Assembly (NCBI GenBank): GCA_051362555.1
Contig: CM120649.1
Coordinates: forward strand, 12,400,001 to 12,464,000
Length of the DNA: 64,000 bases
Direction of reading: 5' to 3'
Source of the DNA: Lingula anatina
Taxonomy: Eukaryota > Animalia > Brachiopoda
How positions within the stretch are numbered: position 1 is the stretch's first letter; each line of letters begins with the position of its first letter. The notes under the pieces are model-generated. The model did no database searches. It worked only from the letters and a program-made list of their open reading frames with translations, and was not told the origin of the DNA. Both the position numbers and the translations under genes were made by a program. Positions 1-15,117 of this stretch are shown here, one piece after another.

Positions 1-279
1 ATCAAAATTTGAATTAATGTGACATTTACTGTAAGGCTAGACAAAAAGAAGAATAAAACAGTGCAAGCATGTATAAAAATCTGAGATTTGATACTGACAT
101 TTTAATGCAACTGAAAATTAATATAGAATATAATAAAATTTTATAATATAATATTCAACTGATTTTAACTCGCTGTCAACTGAAGACACTTTCACAAAAT
201 CTAAACGTTTTCTTATATTCCAAAACATTCTGGTGCCACTTACAAACCAAACTAAGTATTGAACATGATTTTTAAAAAA

Positions 280-1936
280 TTAAGTGTGTATTTCTTCATA
301 TACTGACGATGCTTCAAAGTCTGACATGTCATCTTCTACTCGTCTCCTTTTGACGGCGGTGGAATGCATAGGTGGCTCCCCTAGTGGCCCAGGTGTGGCA
401 GGCTCTTTGCTCAGCCACGCGTCATTTGTGCTGGCATCTCCACCTTGATATATTGAAATTTTCAGAAAATAATATATTGAATAATATTGACACACATTTT
501 GCACATACTTTATGAGCAAAGATTACTTTATTATTTATCTTCTCTTTCCTTTGTAAATTCTTCGTTTGTATCATTTTTAAAAATTTTACTGTAATGTATC
601 TACAAGGATTTATACATTAGCAGAGAACTAATAAAAATAACTTTCCTTTCTTTAATTGTAAATGTTAAAGCAAAACTTTTTTAGTTAAGTTTACTGCACA
701 TCTATACCACATACCATCCATACCGACAACTTTGCGTTTACGTCCACCTTTGGGTCGACCAATGGTATTCGCCCTGCCAGTGACAGAGGTTTTCTCTTCC
801 GCGTCCTGAATGAGACTGTTTCTGTACATGAGGAGAGGCTGCCAGTCCTCACTTCTGTTAGCCATCATTCCTTGTTTTAGATGTTTGTCCAGGAAGTTCA
901 CCCTGTGCAAAGAAATTCGATGTGACACTGAACATTCTAAAGGTAAAACACTACATAAAAAGCTAGAAGAAAAGTACTAAACAGTGGCAGTGATGGATTT
1001 TTTTTTTTTTTGTGGAGAGCATTTTTTACTCTTAAACTTCAAATAGTTTAAGCTAAAATAATATCCAAGTTAATCTGTTATTCATTTAAAATCATTTTTT
1101 CAAGTGTACCAATAAATACAATAACTTGTCTGAATCTGTTCAATTCATTCTTGAATTTCCTTTAAAAAAGTTACTTTCATTAAAATTTTAATGAATAACA
1201 AAAAAACAACATACAAACATAAATGACCTAAACACAGATATTCCCTGATGTATAGGTCCAGGTAGGAAATCTAAATTGAAAATATAATCAATATAAAAAA
1301 ATCTTACACAGCTTTCTTGTCCTGCCTCATCAGCTTGCTGGTGAACTCGCAGAGGATTTCCAGGAATCCCAGGTTGGGTGGGGCTCCTTTGGGGTCATTG
1401 GGGTTCTCTAGGGGGGTCAAACTAAAGATGATGCCTTCCCTGGATAAATAGACAAAGCAGCTGCTTTTAACATCTGTTTGGTTTTCCAGAGTTAATTTTT
1501 TCAGAGAACATACTATGGCAAAATGAGGGTAAAATGTTACATTTCCCAATTATCCAACACACCAAACTTTCCCAAAACTTCTAATAAATAAATTGCACTG
1601 GTGTTGGGTTTAGATTTCTGCATTACAATGTGCATTTGATTCACAAGGCCATGCAGAAATGTAATCCAATATAAGGTTAAACTTAAGTTTCTTAGACCAA
1701 CTAGATTAACTCTTGTATATGATAAGAGAGCATTATTGCTATATTTTATGTGTTGTCATGAGATCAGCCACACTGCTTGCAAGGGTGTGTGTATGTTAAC
1801 TTCAAGAACAAATAAGAGGTCAAAATTTTCACTGTCACAATGTTCACAACAAAAAAAATCTTTTTTTTTTTCATCTGACAAAAAGTTCATTGTGGATCCA
1901 AAAAAAGTGTTACATCTAATGGTTTTCAATGGAAAA

Positions 1937-1979
<43 letters not shown>

Positions 1980-4900
1980 AACTTACGTGTGCATGGCAGC
2001 CACTGCATCTCTGTTCTTCACTTGGTCTAGACCAAACGACAGATTAAATCTGCGGGCAAGTTCCTGAAATAAATCAGACATTACACTTACAAAATTAGTA
2101 AATTCAAACTTACAATTTATATAGAAGTTTACAAATAAAGAAAGTACATGTGAAAATGTTTTTACTGATTTTCAACACATTTGTACCTAAATATATTATT
2201 TAACTATTATTATCACCAACTTTATGGTAAATAACTTATGGGACATAATATTATGGGACTTTTTTACCTTTAAGAAAGATCATGAATTAAAGGTATAGAC
2301 ATTCAATCTCTACAAATTTTTTAATTTTTTACCTTCTTTTATACAAAGGACAAAAGTCTTAGCCATGAGGACCTTGTACTTACCTTAATGTTATGGAAAC
2401 TGTCAGAAGTCCTATCTACAGGCCCCTGTGCCTGAAGCTCCTTGAAGAGTTGGGTTAAACTACAGTCTTAGCCATGAGGACCTTGTACTCACCTTAATGT
2501 TATGAAAACTGTCAGATGTCCTATCTACAGGCCCCTGTGCCTGAAGCTCCTTGAAGAGTTGGGTTAAACTACAGTCTTAGCCATGAGGACCTTGTACTCA
2601 CCTTAATGTTATGAAAACTGTCAGATGTCCTATCTACAGGCCCCTGTGCCTGAAGCTCCTTGAAGAGCTGAGTTAAACTACAGGCCAGTGTCTTAGCCGT
2701 GAGAACTTTGTTGATCTCTCTGGCTTTACCCAACGTTGTCTTGATGATGTCGCCGTAGTCGTTGTAAAACTGAAAAATGGTGCGGAAGTTTAATGAAAAT
2801 AAAAGAAACTTATCCCTTGGCATATTATTCAGGTAAAACATTCAGTATACAAGGAGGTGACAAACCTGGTCATGTTTTTACTTTAGATATATCTCAAAAT
2901 GCTTACAATCCTTAGACATATATCAAAATATATCAACCCAAACTGACAAAAACAGAATAAATAAATCTAATACATTCAGTATTAATTATTAATTAAAAAA
3001 AACTTTTTTAGCATTAAGTAAAAAATTCTATGTGCCAGTACTGGCACAATTACCTTCATGTAATGTTTGAACATGTCAGCTGCCATTTTGATTCCTACGA
3101 CGTTGTACACCACCAATTTGCAGAATGAGGCCAGGAGGTTTCTGCGAGTGTGCAGCTCTTCAATCTTGACATTTTCATCTGCCTCTTCTGAAAACACAAA
3201 ATTTCCCAATTTAATCATCTCTCTTTAACAAGGCAGCAAAGCTGTCAAATGTACAGACAAAAAGCAGGAAATAACTATGCACAAAATAGGCTACTGTCAA
3301 TTCTGATGCAAAAGTACATTATGTTAAACTGCAAATTCAACATCAAATTTTAATTATGCTCAACAGGTAATACCAATGTAAGTAAAATGTGTAACAAGCA
3401 TGAGGCTTCAGGCCCATGGGAGTTCAAGTTCACACTTTGAAAATGTATAACTTTCAGAAAAAGAAGCCAATTAGACTACTTTTCCAACCCAGGCTGCATT
3501 TTAGTCCTGCATTTCTTTTTTGAACATTTGGCAATCATAAGTAACATGGTTTTCCCATAATGGTCATCATGGCAGCAGCACCCATAATTGTTTTCTTCTA
3601 TTCTGATGCAATATTACATATTGGTTAACAGCATAATGACCGTCAATTTCTAATAATAAAATATACGTATCATGGATTTTCAGAAAATGTGACTAGCATG
3701 GGTCTTCAAGCATGTAGAACTTCAAAGTCACACCTTGAAAATGCCAATATGTGAAATATGCTGAAAAGTGAAAAAAAGCATGACTTCTACAATAATGGCC
3801 CGATCATGCTGATTTTCGAACTTGACCTGCGTTTTATGAATATTCATCAGCTCTGTAAATATAAAGCCCAAAAGTAAAACTGCATTCCACTTATCGTGTT
3901 TACAATGAAAGTGCAAGGCGCTGGTGACGGCGGTGACGGCGAAGACAGACGCAGGTGATGGCAATATGTACAGACACATTTTTGACACATCTGTACATAT
4001 TTACTGTACTGTTTGAGAACAGTAAGTGACATGGTTTTTCTTAAATGGTCATCATGGGAGCAGTGCCCAAAATAGGTTTTTTTCAAATTTTGATGCAATA
4101 TTACATAATGTTTAACAGCATAATGACCATCAATTTTTAATAATAAAATATTAGTATCATGGATATTCAGAAAATGTGACTAGCAAAGGTCTTCAGGCCC
4201 ATGGAACTTCAAAGTCACAACTTGAAAATGCCAAAATGTAAACAAGACAGCACTTTTCTGAAATGTTTTTTTTTCCCATTTTTAACAATTTTTAACATAA
4301 AACAAAATTAACAGTTTACTGCCATTTTTATATGATCAACTAAGAAAATTGATGAGATGGGAAAAATATCAATAAAGCAGTGTTAAATGTCCAATTTCTT
4401 CCATTCTGAGATTCTGAACATAGTGAATGATTGAATCTGACAAACTGCAATGATATGAGTTTATTTCCATTTTTGAAAATTTATTACACAATACACGATA
4501 ACAAGTTTACCATCATTTTTACAAAAACAACTAACAATGTTGTAAAGATGCAGGAAATGTCAAACAAAAACTTTTACTTATCTTATTAGTTTAATAATGA
4601 GACTGTTAACATGCCTAAGAATTGAATCTGAGGAAATGTGAAAAATATGTTGAAAAGTGAAAAAACAGCATAACTTCTACAATAATGACCCGAACATGCT
4701 GATTTTCGAACTTGACCTGCGTTTTATGAATATTCACCAGCTCTGTAAATATAAAGCCAAAAAGTAAAACTGCCCTCCACTTATCGTGTTTACAAGGAAA
4801 GTGCACGGCATCGGCATCGGCATCGGCATCGGCATCGGCATCGGCGACGACAGACGCAGGTGATGGCAATATGTACAGACACATCTGTGTCTGTACATAA

Positions 4901-7587
4901 AAAACTACACAAATTGAAAAGTTAACATGTCCTACATAGTGTTACCGATTCAGAAACACAAATTCAACCAATTCAAAATCATTCTAAAACTTTTTAAGCA
5001 GCATTTTATGTACTATGATCTCCCCTCAAAGTTTTCAGTCCTCCCCACTTTTTTTCACCTGACTAAAAGTTCATAGTGGGCCAAAAATAATGTTCCACCT
5101 GAGAGTTTCAATCAAAAAAGAAATAAAAAAATTTTTAATTAACTGAAAATTTTCAATTAATTGCAAAATTTTTAAAACTCACCGTCTTCATCCTCAACAA
5201 ACACCTTATCAGAGAGGTATCCACTGAGCTGTGCCTGCAGGTTTCTGTCAGGCTCGTAGACCAGTGGTTTCATGACAGGGTTGGTGCCCAGCTGACGACT
5301 TAGGATCAGGAGGAGGTCACAGATGGTAATATAGCTCTGAAATTATTTATTTTCTTTTTATTTAACAATTCTAGGAGTACAGCATATTTTTCAATATATT
5401 TTTGTGACCAGTTTAAATGGTGACATAACTCTGAAAGTTTCATTTATTTTCTCTTGAAAGTCAGTAAAATTATGTGTTAAAATTATTGTTAAAGCAGGTA
5501 TTATTTAACCAGTAGCAAATCCGAGCTTATTTTATATAAAATACCTCAAAAGCGAGGGAAAATTAATTGAATGACACTTTTTGCATAAAAACCTTACCTC
5601 CTCATTGACCTTTTCTTGCTGATGGTACATCAGGTCATGCAGCAACTTCATGAAATCACTGACACGTTTCTTCAACTGCTTCATGGCATCCTGAAAGGGG
5701 TTGACACATTTTCAGCAAGAAAATTACTAGCAGTTAAGCAAGCTTTTTAAATTTCAAATTTCATTCACATAAATGAGCAAAGATAAATTCCTAGGGTAAC
5801 CCCATTTTTCCGAAACATAACATGCACTTCTTTTGTGTATTAAATCTAGTTTATATTTTATTTAATTACAAATTTTTAAATTTTATTTTAATTAAAAAAA
5901 ACAGCTTTTATACAACATTTATTTGAAAGTTATGAGTACAGACATTACACTTACTTTGTCTGGGTTGTTTTCATCTAATTTCTGCAGACTCCACATCAGG
6001 CACACAGAACAACTGGAGATTGCTTTACAGACAATCTAGAAGAAAACACAAACATTGATCTTTAAATTCTCATATCAATTGCTGTATTAAATCTGATAAA
6101 GAAGAGAACACCACTGCTGATATATAAAAACACAACAATTTCTCTGAACCCAACTTTTTTTTTTTCATTTCTGCATTAGGTAGAATGATGAATGAAAATG
6201 AAAAGCTGTTTCTATAGGCCATTGCAAAATCCTCAAAAAGTTTTTTCACAACGTTATCTTGCTGTATTTTTTGTAGTAATCTTTCATTTTTGGAGGTCAG
6301 ATTCAACAACAACAAAAAAAGTCATTTTCTTCATCAAGACTCCGTGAATATCAGCTATGTAATTGTATAATTCCATAACAACAGTAGGTATAAAATCATA
6401 GCACTTACTTCTGCGGGAATATTAGGGTTGTCGTTTCCAGCCTTCACAATCTGGAACAGCAAGTCCCACAGGTTCCATCCCGTCATGTCATGGCAGCTGA
6501 TGATGTAAAGGAAAAAAATAATTCATTAAAAATAAATAAATAAATCTAAAGTTTATCCTCATTAAAGATATCCATATATCTGAATCCCAGTATGCTCAGT
6601 TTATAGGTATTACTTGAATGTTTATCTCTGACATGCTAATCCATAACATGTTTATCTCCAATATGCTAAACTTCTGTAAACTAAATGTAACAGATTTTCA
6701 TCATTAGCCTCTGAATCATTGTCAAGTCATTGCACTTTATGATAACAATTAAATCCTACAACTTCAAGCATTAGTACACAGCATTTGCTTCACAACCACC
6801 TTACAATGAAAGTATGGAATACTATGTCCCATCACAAATTCTTTGTATCATCATCTATGATATTCACCTGTAGAAAGCATAGATTCTCTTCAAACCTGCA
6901 GCCAAGGAATATTCTTCATCTTCATCTGGTTCATCACCCTGCAAGAGAAACAGTACATATTTCCGAATAATATCACAGATTCTGGAATTTTCTTTACAAA
7001 GGCTTCACTTACAAGCTTTGCATCTTTTTGAAATAAAAGTTAAATAATAATAATACAAAGCAGATAATTTAAATGAATCAGATAAAGAATTTTAAAATTT
7101 CAAATGCCATTTCAAATATAATGTTTTTTTAAAACAGCATTGCGTGCGTGTGTGCTTGCGTGTGTGTGTGATTCAATTATTTGTACCACCAAAAGACAAA
7201 CTTAAAAATCGTTTTGATGTTGCATTTAACTTTATATTTCTACCTGTTGAAAGTAATCTTGATGAGCTCCCTTGAATTTCTCCACCAGAGCGTCTAGCAG
7301 GGTGCTCCTGGCTACGTCACACTTCCCGGCTATGGCAAACTCTTCACTGCAGAAACACTCCAAAATCTTAGAGCAGTTCTCCAGAACTTCAGAGTCTGTG
7401 TGGCGGTCGATGATTTCACGGATGTGGTTCAACAACAGGTCCAGACACTGCAGATAAAGAGTATGATTTGATAATAATACGTATTAAAATATGCTTAGAG
7501 GAATTCCTCTGAACTTCAAGGAAACTGTAGATTTTTGCAATGTCACATATATGGTTAAATAAAGGCAAATTTTATTGTTCATTGGAC

Positions 7588-7635
<48 letters not shown>

Positions 7636-10600
7636 TTCTCCGAAATTTTAGCAATCTTTACTCTATTATCAACTTCACAGTAAAGACCATCCGAAACCAT
7701 AAAAAGGTGAAGACTTATAAACCTATTTCAAGCTATTAATTTCCAATTTTTATTGCCTCCATGGCATTCCCCATTTCCAAACTAGTAGATGAAATTTCTC
7801 TTTAATTACCTTCTCCTGCCTGCTAGTAGTGTAGATCTCCAGGTCAAAGTGGAGAGGAATCTGGAGCAGGTTGGCCAGCTTCTCTGCATCAGCACCGTAC
7901 TGTGGGAGAAAGAAATTCATTTTGAATAATTTAAACAGAGCTGAAAGTGGGCCTTTTAAAAAAATTTGGAAAATGAAAGTGCTAAAGGCAAGCAGCTTTA
8001 CATGGGGATTCTGGCAGACATTATTATAAAATAAAATGTAAAATATATCTGAACAAAAAGTTAATCTTAAAATTTGTAATATCTCATGCTACCTTTCACT
8101 TCAATCAATATAACTTCAACATAGTTAGGATAATGCACATCTGCTTTTATTTCATTATATTCATTCTTTTTTTCTCCATAAAAACATAATTTGGAATGTT
8201 CTTTTACTAGGTACTCCATAAGAAATGAGATCGAGAGAGAGAATGAGAGAGGGAGGGATGAAAACAAATCACTTGGCTGCCATACCTTGGCTAACAGCTG
8301 TGGTAGAAACACAATGAAGTGTTCTGTCAGTTTGGTTCTATCCTCAAGAATCTGTTTGTTCTCTTTAGTGGACAGCTGGAAACAAAATACCATCAAATGA
8401 AATACTACAAATCTGACTTTATAAACAGGTTTATTAACATTGGCAAGCTACAATGACATTTGTGTAAATGCCAAGAAAATTAGTCAGTTTACATTGAAGA
8501 TTGCACGGAAAATGTACTACAGTACATTTACAAACTAAACGACAGAAAAGTAGGTCAAGTTTACAACCAGAAATTTGAAGAAAGCGAAGTGTAGAAGCTC
8601 TATTTTTATAAAATCTATTTACTTGATATAAATTATTTTTAATTATTTAGTTAGATATAATAAATAATTGTTGACTGAACGATAAATTTGATTTATCCCT
8701 TCGCATGTGGACTGGGCTACTTGTACTCTTTGTATAAAAAATTAGTAACAAAACATTACATGCACTACAGGGAAAGTAAAGGCATATGGGCGGCCAAAAG
8801 GGCAAAAATTCATGTCGTCGATTCAGTTATGTTTCGTCGATTCACTGCCTTCCCATCGATTCAGTTTCAAGTTTAAACGATCCTGTCATAAATTCAACAT
8901 CTACTTTCGTCAATTCAATTGTCAAACATTTCTCATCTATCGACGACATGATTTTTTGCCCTTTTGGCCGCCCATAAAGGCACCTACAAGTCATCAGATT
9001 CATGTGTTTACATTTTGTCCTTTCACACTGAAAGGACAGAAAAACTTTGTTGTTTAACTGTTTAATACACAATTGTATTACTTTAAATGATTTGAATGCA
9101 TTTGTTATATCCAATGTTATGCTCTAAAAGAAGTGCATAAATTAGGCACTAACTAGGTACAAATATTGATCCGACGATCAATTCAATTCAAAGCCATTAA
9201 AAACTGAAACAACACTACCCCTTAGAATTTTTGATTACATACTCATTAAAAAAATATTGCTATTTTGGCTTTTTAAGTTAAAAAAACTTTTTCGCTATGG
9301 CTTAATATATAAGAGACCATTAAAGAAAAACGATGACAAGTGCAACCTACCACCATTCCTTTCCTGTAAATATTTCACCATTTTGAACATTTCACACAAA
9401 AATACAACATCTAGGATCTAAACCGATAACCCACTTTTACACATTGAGAGAGGCATCAGATATCTTACAACGGGTAGTCTAATAGTTTTTCTGTAACCCT
9501 TTCTGTTTACCTTTTTGTTAGGTCCTCTGCCCACAGGTGATTCCCCAGTGGCAGCCTGGCGTACGCAGCACACCATTATTTCTATGAGACAACTCTCCTG
9601 ACGATCATCCAGAGCTGGAAGACAGAACAGACTTAGTGTCTGATTTCTATCAGTATCTGATTCCCTTAATGTGTATTAATTTTGTTTTTAGACATTTCTA
9701 ATTTTTCTGTAACTTTGAGAGTACTGGAACATCTTTCACTGTTCATAAATATCCTAGTGCCTAAATATCCTAGTATCTCCTCACCTCTCCCTCAAATCCT
9801 ATGCCCCCCCCCCCCCCCCCCCCCCCGAGTACATATTATAATATTATAATAATCTAAATATATCATACTCCCTCACCTTCCTCTCCTCTAATCTCCCCCC
9901 CCCCCCCAAATACACATAATACTATTTATTTATTAAAATATTTCTCATACTCCCTCACCTTCCTCCTCTCTCCTCTAATCTCTCTCTCCTCCCCCCATCT
10001 CACCCCGCAGAATACACATAATAATATTTATTTATTAAAATATTTCTCATACTCCCTCACCTTCCTCCCCTCTCCCTGGTTCCTCCAGTAACAGGTCAGT
10101 CATACACTCCCAGTCCTTCATCATCTGATTGACCTCCCACAGGCTGTCTACAAGGTAGGCACCATGTTCATGGAGCTGAAATTTAAATAAATTAATAGAT
10201 AATTCCACAACAGGTTGTCCAGAAGATATGTGCCATAGATTATATATGCTACAAGAAATCGCCCACAACACACACATACATTCATACTCATATAAAAAGA
10301 CATACGTAAACACATAAAACATGAACTAAATCTGATTTGGTGAAAAGTGGCCGAACATAACTTTTTTCCTTGGCCACATTAAAATGCAGTAAACGCATGG
10401 TTCAAAATGACAAAAGCTGCTCTTTACCTCACTCTCGATAAAAAACTGCACCAAATCTCGGATCAGTGGGGTATTTTCACTCCTCTTTTTCCCTCTCTTT
10501 GTCTTCAAACTCTTTGTTGCGTCGTCATCGCGCTGGAAGAGCTTCGCATTCAGGAACTCCCCCGCTGCCTGTGCCACAGCACGATGAGAGGAATACACCA

Positions 10601-13600
10601 GCTCGTACACATTCTCGCAGTCTTTGTCTGACAAAACTGACTCATGTGCTCTGAAAAACAAGTTAATAAAAAATTATTTTATGCATGCCATAAATAATTT
10701 ATCTCCTGCCTCTGCAGATTTAAATATTTAATAATAAAGTTTAGGCTTATGTAAATGATTTCAGAAATAAGAAAGACTAAGAATATATCAACTTCACCAT
10801 ATACAGTAAAACTTACTTTAAAATACTGATGACTAGCCTGACTGCTCCCACTGCCACATCATACTCCTTGTCCAAGGTCATTTCAACAATACGATCCTGC
10901 AGGGGAAACATATGGGTTGTGTTTCAAAAAGGAACCACACAAAAAGGCACCAATAATTCTCATTATCCATATGATATTTTGGGTTTTAAAAATGTTTGAT
11001 GACACCATTATTTTGTGTAAACTTTTGCATCATGTGCTGCAAAGCTTCCCCTCCTCCTCTCATTAATTTGTTAGCCATCACAGATTCCATTAATTTCTTT
11101 AATTGAATCACCAGAATCCTCCCCCCTTACCACCCTTCCAGTCCCCTCCCAATGTTTCACTTCAACACAAGTTCCCTTACCTTGAACCTATTGGTGAACA
11201 GCTCCATCTTGTGGGCAAAGGTGTTGGTCTCATACAGAGGCTGCAGTGTCTTAAAACAGTCCGATCGCACTTGACCAACCTGAATATGAAAACATAACAT
11301 TACTGACATATTTGAACGAATGACATTTTATTTTTAATATCATTCTAAAACCACAAAGGGTGCAACCTCAAACAAAATATCAATGTGTTAGTGTTATCTA
11401 TCTGAAATAATTGTATTGTTGCAACAACAGCACCTTATCATAGAGCGTCCAGCCGACATATTTCAGGTAACTGTCGTCCAGGAACATGTTGGGATATTTC
11501 CTCATCCAGACTCCGATCTCCTGCATGCAGATTGTTCTGATCTCTGGCTGAGTGTCTCTGGAATATGGATATAAAACAGGAATGAAAAATAAACACAAAT
11601 AACGTGTATTCCAAATTTCTATTCGTTATCTGTTTATACATACATAAATATCTGTTTTGTATTTTTACCCCTGCGACCAACAGCGATAAAAAGTCTTCAT
11701 CTCTGTTGGTTTCTGATTGTTACTGGACTATACAAACAGTTATTTACAAATTCGGATAAAATTTTCAGGATAGACAGTTATTCAGGGAGGAAAGAAGCTG
11801 TAACAATTTCACCTGAATCCAGGTCTCACAATATTTTCAAAATGATTTTTTTTACCTTTTCCTTGTCAAAAAATCTTTCCTCCTTGAGTGTCTAGTATTA
11901 ATTAATATTGTAAAAACTGCTACTTCTCACCTGTATCTGTGTACAAACACTCCCTTGAATATATAGGTCAGCATGTTTCTGATCTCTTCCTGATTCTCTT
12001 CAAGCTGGAATAAACACAGTACATCATTTAAGTTTGATCTGTTCAAAATGCAACTTTCTCATTCTGATTTCTCTGATTCCAAGCTAAAAACAATGAAATA
12101 CCTCATAAAGTTACATTTCTTTAAATCTCAACTAGCGTTCTATAAAGAATTCAACTTGAATTTCTAAAATGAAGAAATAAAATAAAATGAAATATTTTCA
12201 TAAAGAAAAAACTTTGACGTAATTAATTCTTCTTCCAACCTTTTGGAAAAACAGGATATGTAACAAACCGCAAACCATGTCTTACCTCTGTTCTCTTGCT
12301 CATCAAGACTTGCAGCCTCTCTGCTGACTGCTTCTGTTTGTTCTTCTGTCGCTCTGTCTCATACTGTTTCTGTGCGTTGTCGAGATTGATGCTGAGGTTG
12401 AGAGCAACATCCACCAGCGCAGTCATGAGTTTCATAGCTGAAATGTAAAATTATATTGTCAAATTATTTACTGGCCTCTCAATGTCTTAGTCCCTCAATG
12501 GCTGTAAGTCAGACTGTAGGCATTTTAGAAATGTGAAGTTCTTTAGTCAGTAGCTTGGGAAACTGATATTAACTTATAGTTTACCAGCCAATTTTTTTTC
12601 TTTGTCCATTCAAATTAAATAGCTAATAAAACTTTTGGTGGTTTTGATACTAAGTTACTTTGAAAACCTTAATTAGAAAAGAGCATAAAAAGTGTGAAAA
12701 GGAAATGTTTTCCAACTGATTTCTTTTTTATCTGCATTAAAAGAATAAGCTCTGAACCTATTCAAGTCTGCTTTCACTATAATTGTATATAATGTAATAT
12801 CTATTATTTATATAATTGTTATTCTATCAATGTTTTATAATGTTGTAAAAGCAATGCATATATATATATATATATATGAAGTATGGCCTTAGACTTGTTA
12901 ACCTTGTGTTAGTCCCCCCAAATAACTCATTATTCAATATTATGAAAAAAAAATATAATCTCAAAAATAAAATAAAATATATCCCTACTCACATGCCAAG
13001 GTGCTGGTATGTCTAAATGCTCTGACCTGAGAGTCAGTGAGGCCAGTGAGGAGAGAGATGAGGTTGTCCATCATGTACTGGTCATATATGATGCTGTACT
13101 GGCATTGTCTGACCAGTACCTGGACAAACTCACAGAAATTGGTCTTAAACTTCTTCCACTGCTGGCCAGTCATGATTAAGGGATAGTCCCCACTTTCCTG
13201 AGTTATGAAATATTTATTTAGCGGTGCCACTATGAAACATCATTATCAAATACAATGCAAATATGAAGGGAGAGTCCCCACTTTCCTGAGGAATAAAATA
13301 TTTATCCTTTACCAATATGAAACAACGGGTATTAACGCTAATTATACTAAAAAAATCTCCCTAGTATCAAAATAATAAATAACTACACAATAAATAGATA
13401 AGCTAATTTACTTATACTAAAGAAAGAAAGAAATTAACATATTATTTCTTTTTGCCAAATCATCATCTAATTGGGAAAATTGTAAAAAGATTTTTCAAAA
13501 TGCTTCTTGGCAAAAACTAAAAAGACAGTCTGTCAAACAATAAGATATATAAATGAATAATTAGTCTGAAATAATAATAATTACCTCATCAAATTCCTCC

Positions 13601-15117
13601 GTCATTTTACGAATGATCTCAGCATGTTCCATGGTCTCATACATCTGTTGTGATATCTTGCCACGGCAACCAGAACACTGGATAAAGAACTGGATCAACT
13701 GGAGCAATGCCTGGTCACGCTCCTGTTTGTATGACTCTATCCAGTCATCAACTATACTCTGTAAAATATGTATTCATTGAAAATATGACTAAATTATTTA
13801 TATTTTGGATGAGAGTATTTTTCACAGCAACTATTGTTTGTAGGATTAACTACTTATCTTCCATGCTCTATAAAATATTTTTTTAACCATTGAAAATATG
13901 TCTAAACATTTTCATTTTAGACAAGAACTTTCTCAATTGCTTGGAGGGATTATTTGGAGGAATTGTGAAAGCCATCTAGTATAATCAACAACAATTTTTT
14001 TTCCTTTACAAGTCTATGAGTTTCTTGTTTCTAGTTCTTGAGTAACTCATGTAACAGTATATAACAGAAATTGAGAACAGGTTAATAAACCAAAATGGCA
14101 CTTTATGGCGCTTTTCTCAATGGTTTTCTTGAGGGCATACATTGGTGATTACGGCATAAGTTAAAAAATTTCCTGGAACATTTTTCATCGAGCTAAATTA
14201 AGTGCATCGTATGCCTTAAGTGTGTACCTCACAAGAGAATAAAAGACTCACCTGGAGTGCAACCTTCCCAGTCTTCACGATCTCAAACAACGAGCCCTCA
14301 GTGTCTTCTCTCTCCTCCTTCTTCCTGCCTTTCCCTCCTCCAGCTCCGCCCCCTCTCTTAGGCCTCTTGATACCCTGGTGAGAGAGAGAGAGAAAGAAAC
14401 AAGTTCAAATTCCCATATCAATATGAGATTCTGATATATCATGGAAGCAGATACAAATAAAATTCTGAAATGAATCTGGCTTGCACTGGGTATGAAACTT
14501 GGAGAAACTGTATCTTTACCTTCAGTTATATTCATTCACCTTTTCTAACTAATTATAAAACACAAAAATTTAGGTATTTGCTGTTTGTCATAATGGACGT
14601 GATATAATTATAAGTGCAACTGTTAAGGTGCTACAAAATCAGAGCCCCCCCCCCCCCCAATATGACTCTAATTTCATAAATAATACTTCAGTGTTTTTTC
14701 AATGCATCAAATAAATAACAATACACATCCCCTTCACATGGGAAAAGGGACTTTTATAATAGCTGGACAACTTACAATGGCAGAGTGAGCTTCCTTCCCT
14801 CCTCCTCTCTTCCTTCCAGAAGCCGCTGCCTTGGATGGTTCAAAGTCTGAGTCCTCATCATTCTCTGGTCTGAGTAAAATAAATTTTCATCATAAGAAAA
14901 TGTGCTTTCAGATAAAAATCATTGAAAAAACAGAGGTAAATACACTGCATTCATCTTAATTAACTTAGAATAACGTTTAGATCAAAAGTTTGCATCAGTA
15001 GCTTCTTTAAATATTTGGCAAAACAAACAAGTTTATAAAATAAATCACGTTATTAAAAGTAATATCAGTGACTTACACAGACACCTCAGAGGTGGGTTCC
15101 AACTCACTGGAAGCCAT
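280..15117 (-). CDS. STAG1: Cohesin subunit SA (stromalin/STAG1/2-like), 27 coding exons visible; 3' end either stops at 280 or continues off the window
   Basis: GT-AG exons assembled in frame, approx.: 15077-15117 (ATG; [13 protein letters not shown]), 14776-14869, 14252-14374 ([14 protein letters not shown]), 13585-13758 ([12 protein letters not shown]), 12993-13197 ([14 protein letters not shown]), 12286-12437, 11931-12004 (GVFVHRYR), 11434-11557 ([17 protein letters not shown]), 11181-11279, 10817-10896, 10428-10650, 10061-10175 ([12 protein letters not shown]), 9511-9614, 8287-8376, 7810-7899, 7244-7447, 6868-6938, 6409-6496, 5955-6035, 5598-5690, 5183-5336, 3054-3187 ([18 protein letters not shown]), 2602-2769 ([10 protein letters not shown]), 1987-2063, 1308-1439, 715-902, 280/304-444. 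These motifs are typical of STAG/SCD domains. The symbol is a family label, not a tested orthology. Confidence 0.95.
2354..2710 (-). repeat. ~109-bp tandem triplication of a STAG exon 3' end including its splice donor
   Basis: Three near-identical units ending ...CATAACATTAAG|GTRAGT, with donors at 2601, 2492 and 2383. Confidence 0.9.
3227..4904 (+). mobile_element. Non-autonomous Helentron/HINE-like element (composite) in a STAG intron
   Basis: Starts AACAAGGCAGCAAAGCTGTCAAATGTACAGACA. Ends with a (GGCATC)n/GACG microsatellite, a hairpin ATGTACAGACACATCTGTGTCTGTACAT that repeats the 5' sub-terminal motif, and an A-run. Extensively similar to 43838-45696. Confidence 0.7.
8785..8976. mobile_element. 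MITE with 38-bp terminal inverted repeats
   Basis: TATGGGCGGCCAAAAGGGCAAAAATTCATGTCGTCGAT ... ATCGACGACATGATTTTTTGCCCTTTTGGCCGCCCATA. Confidence 0.8.
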
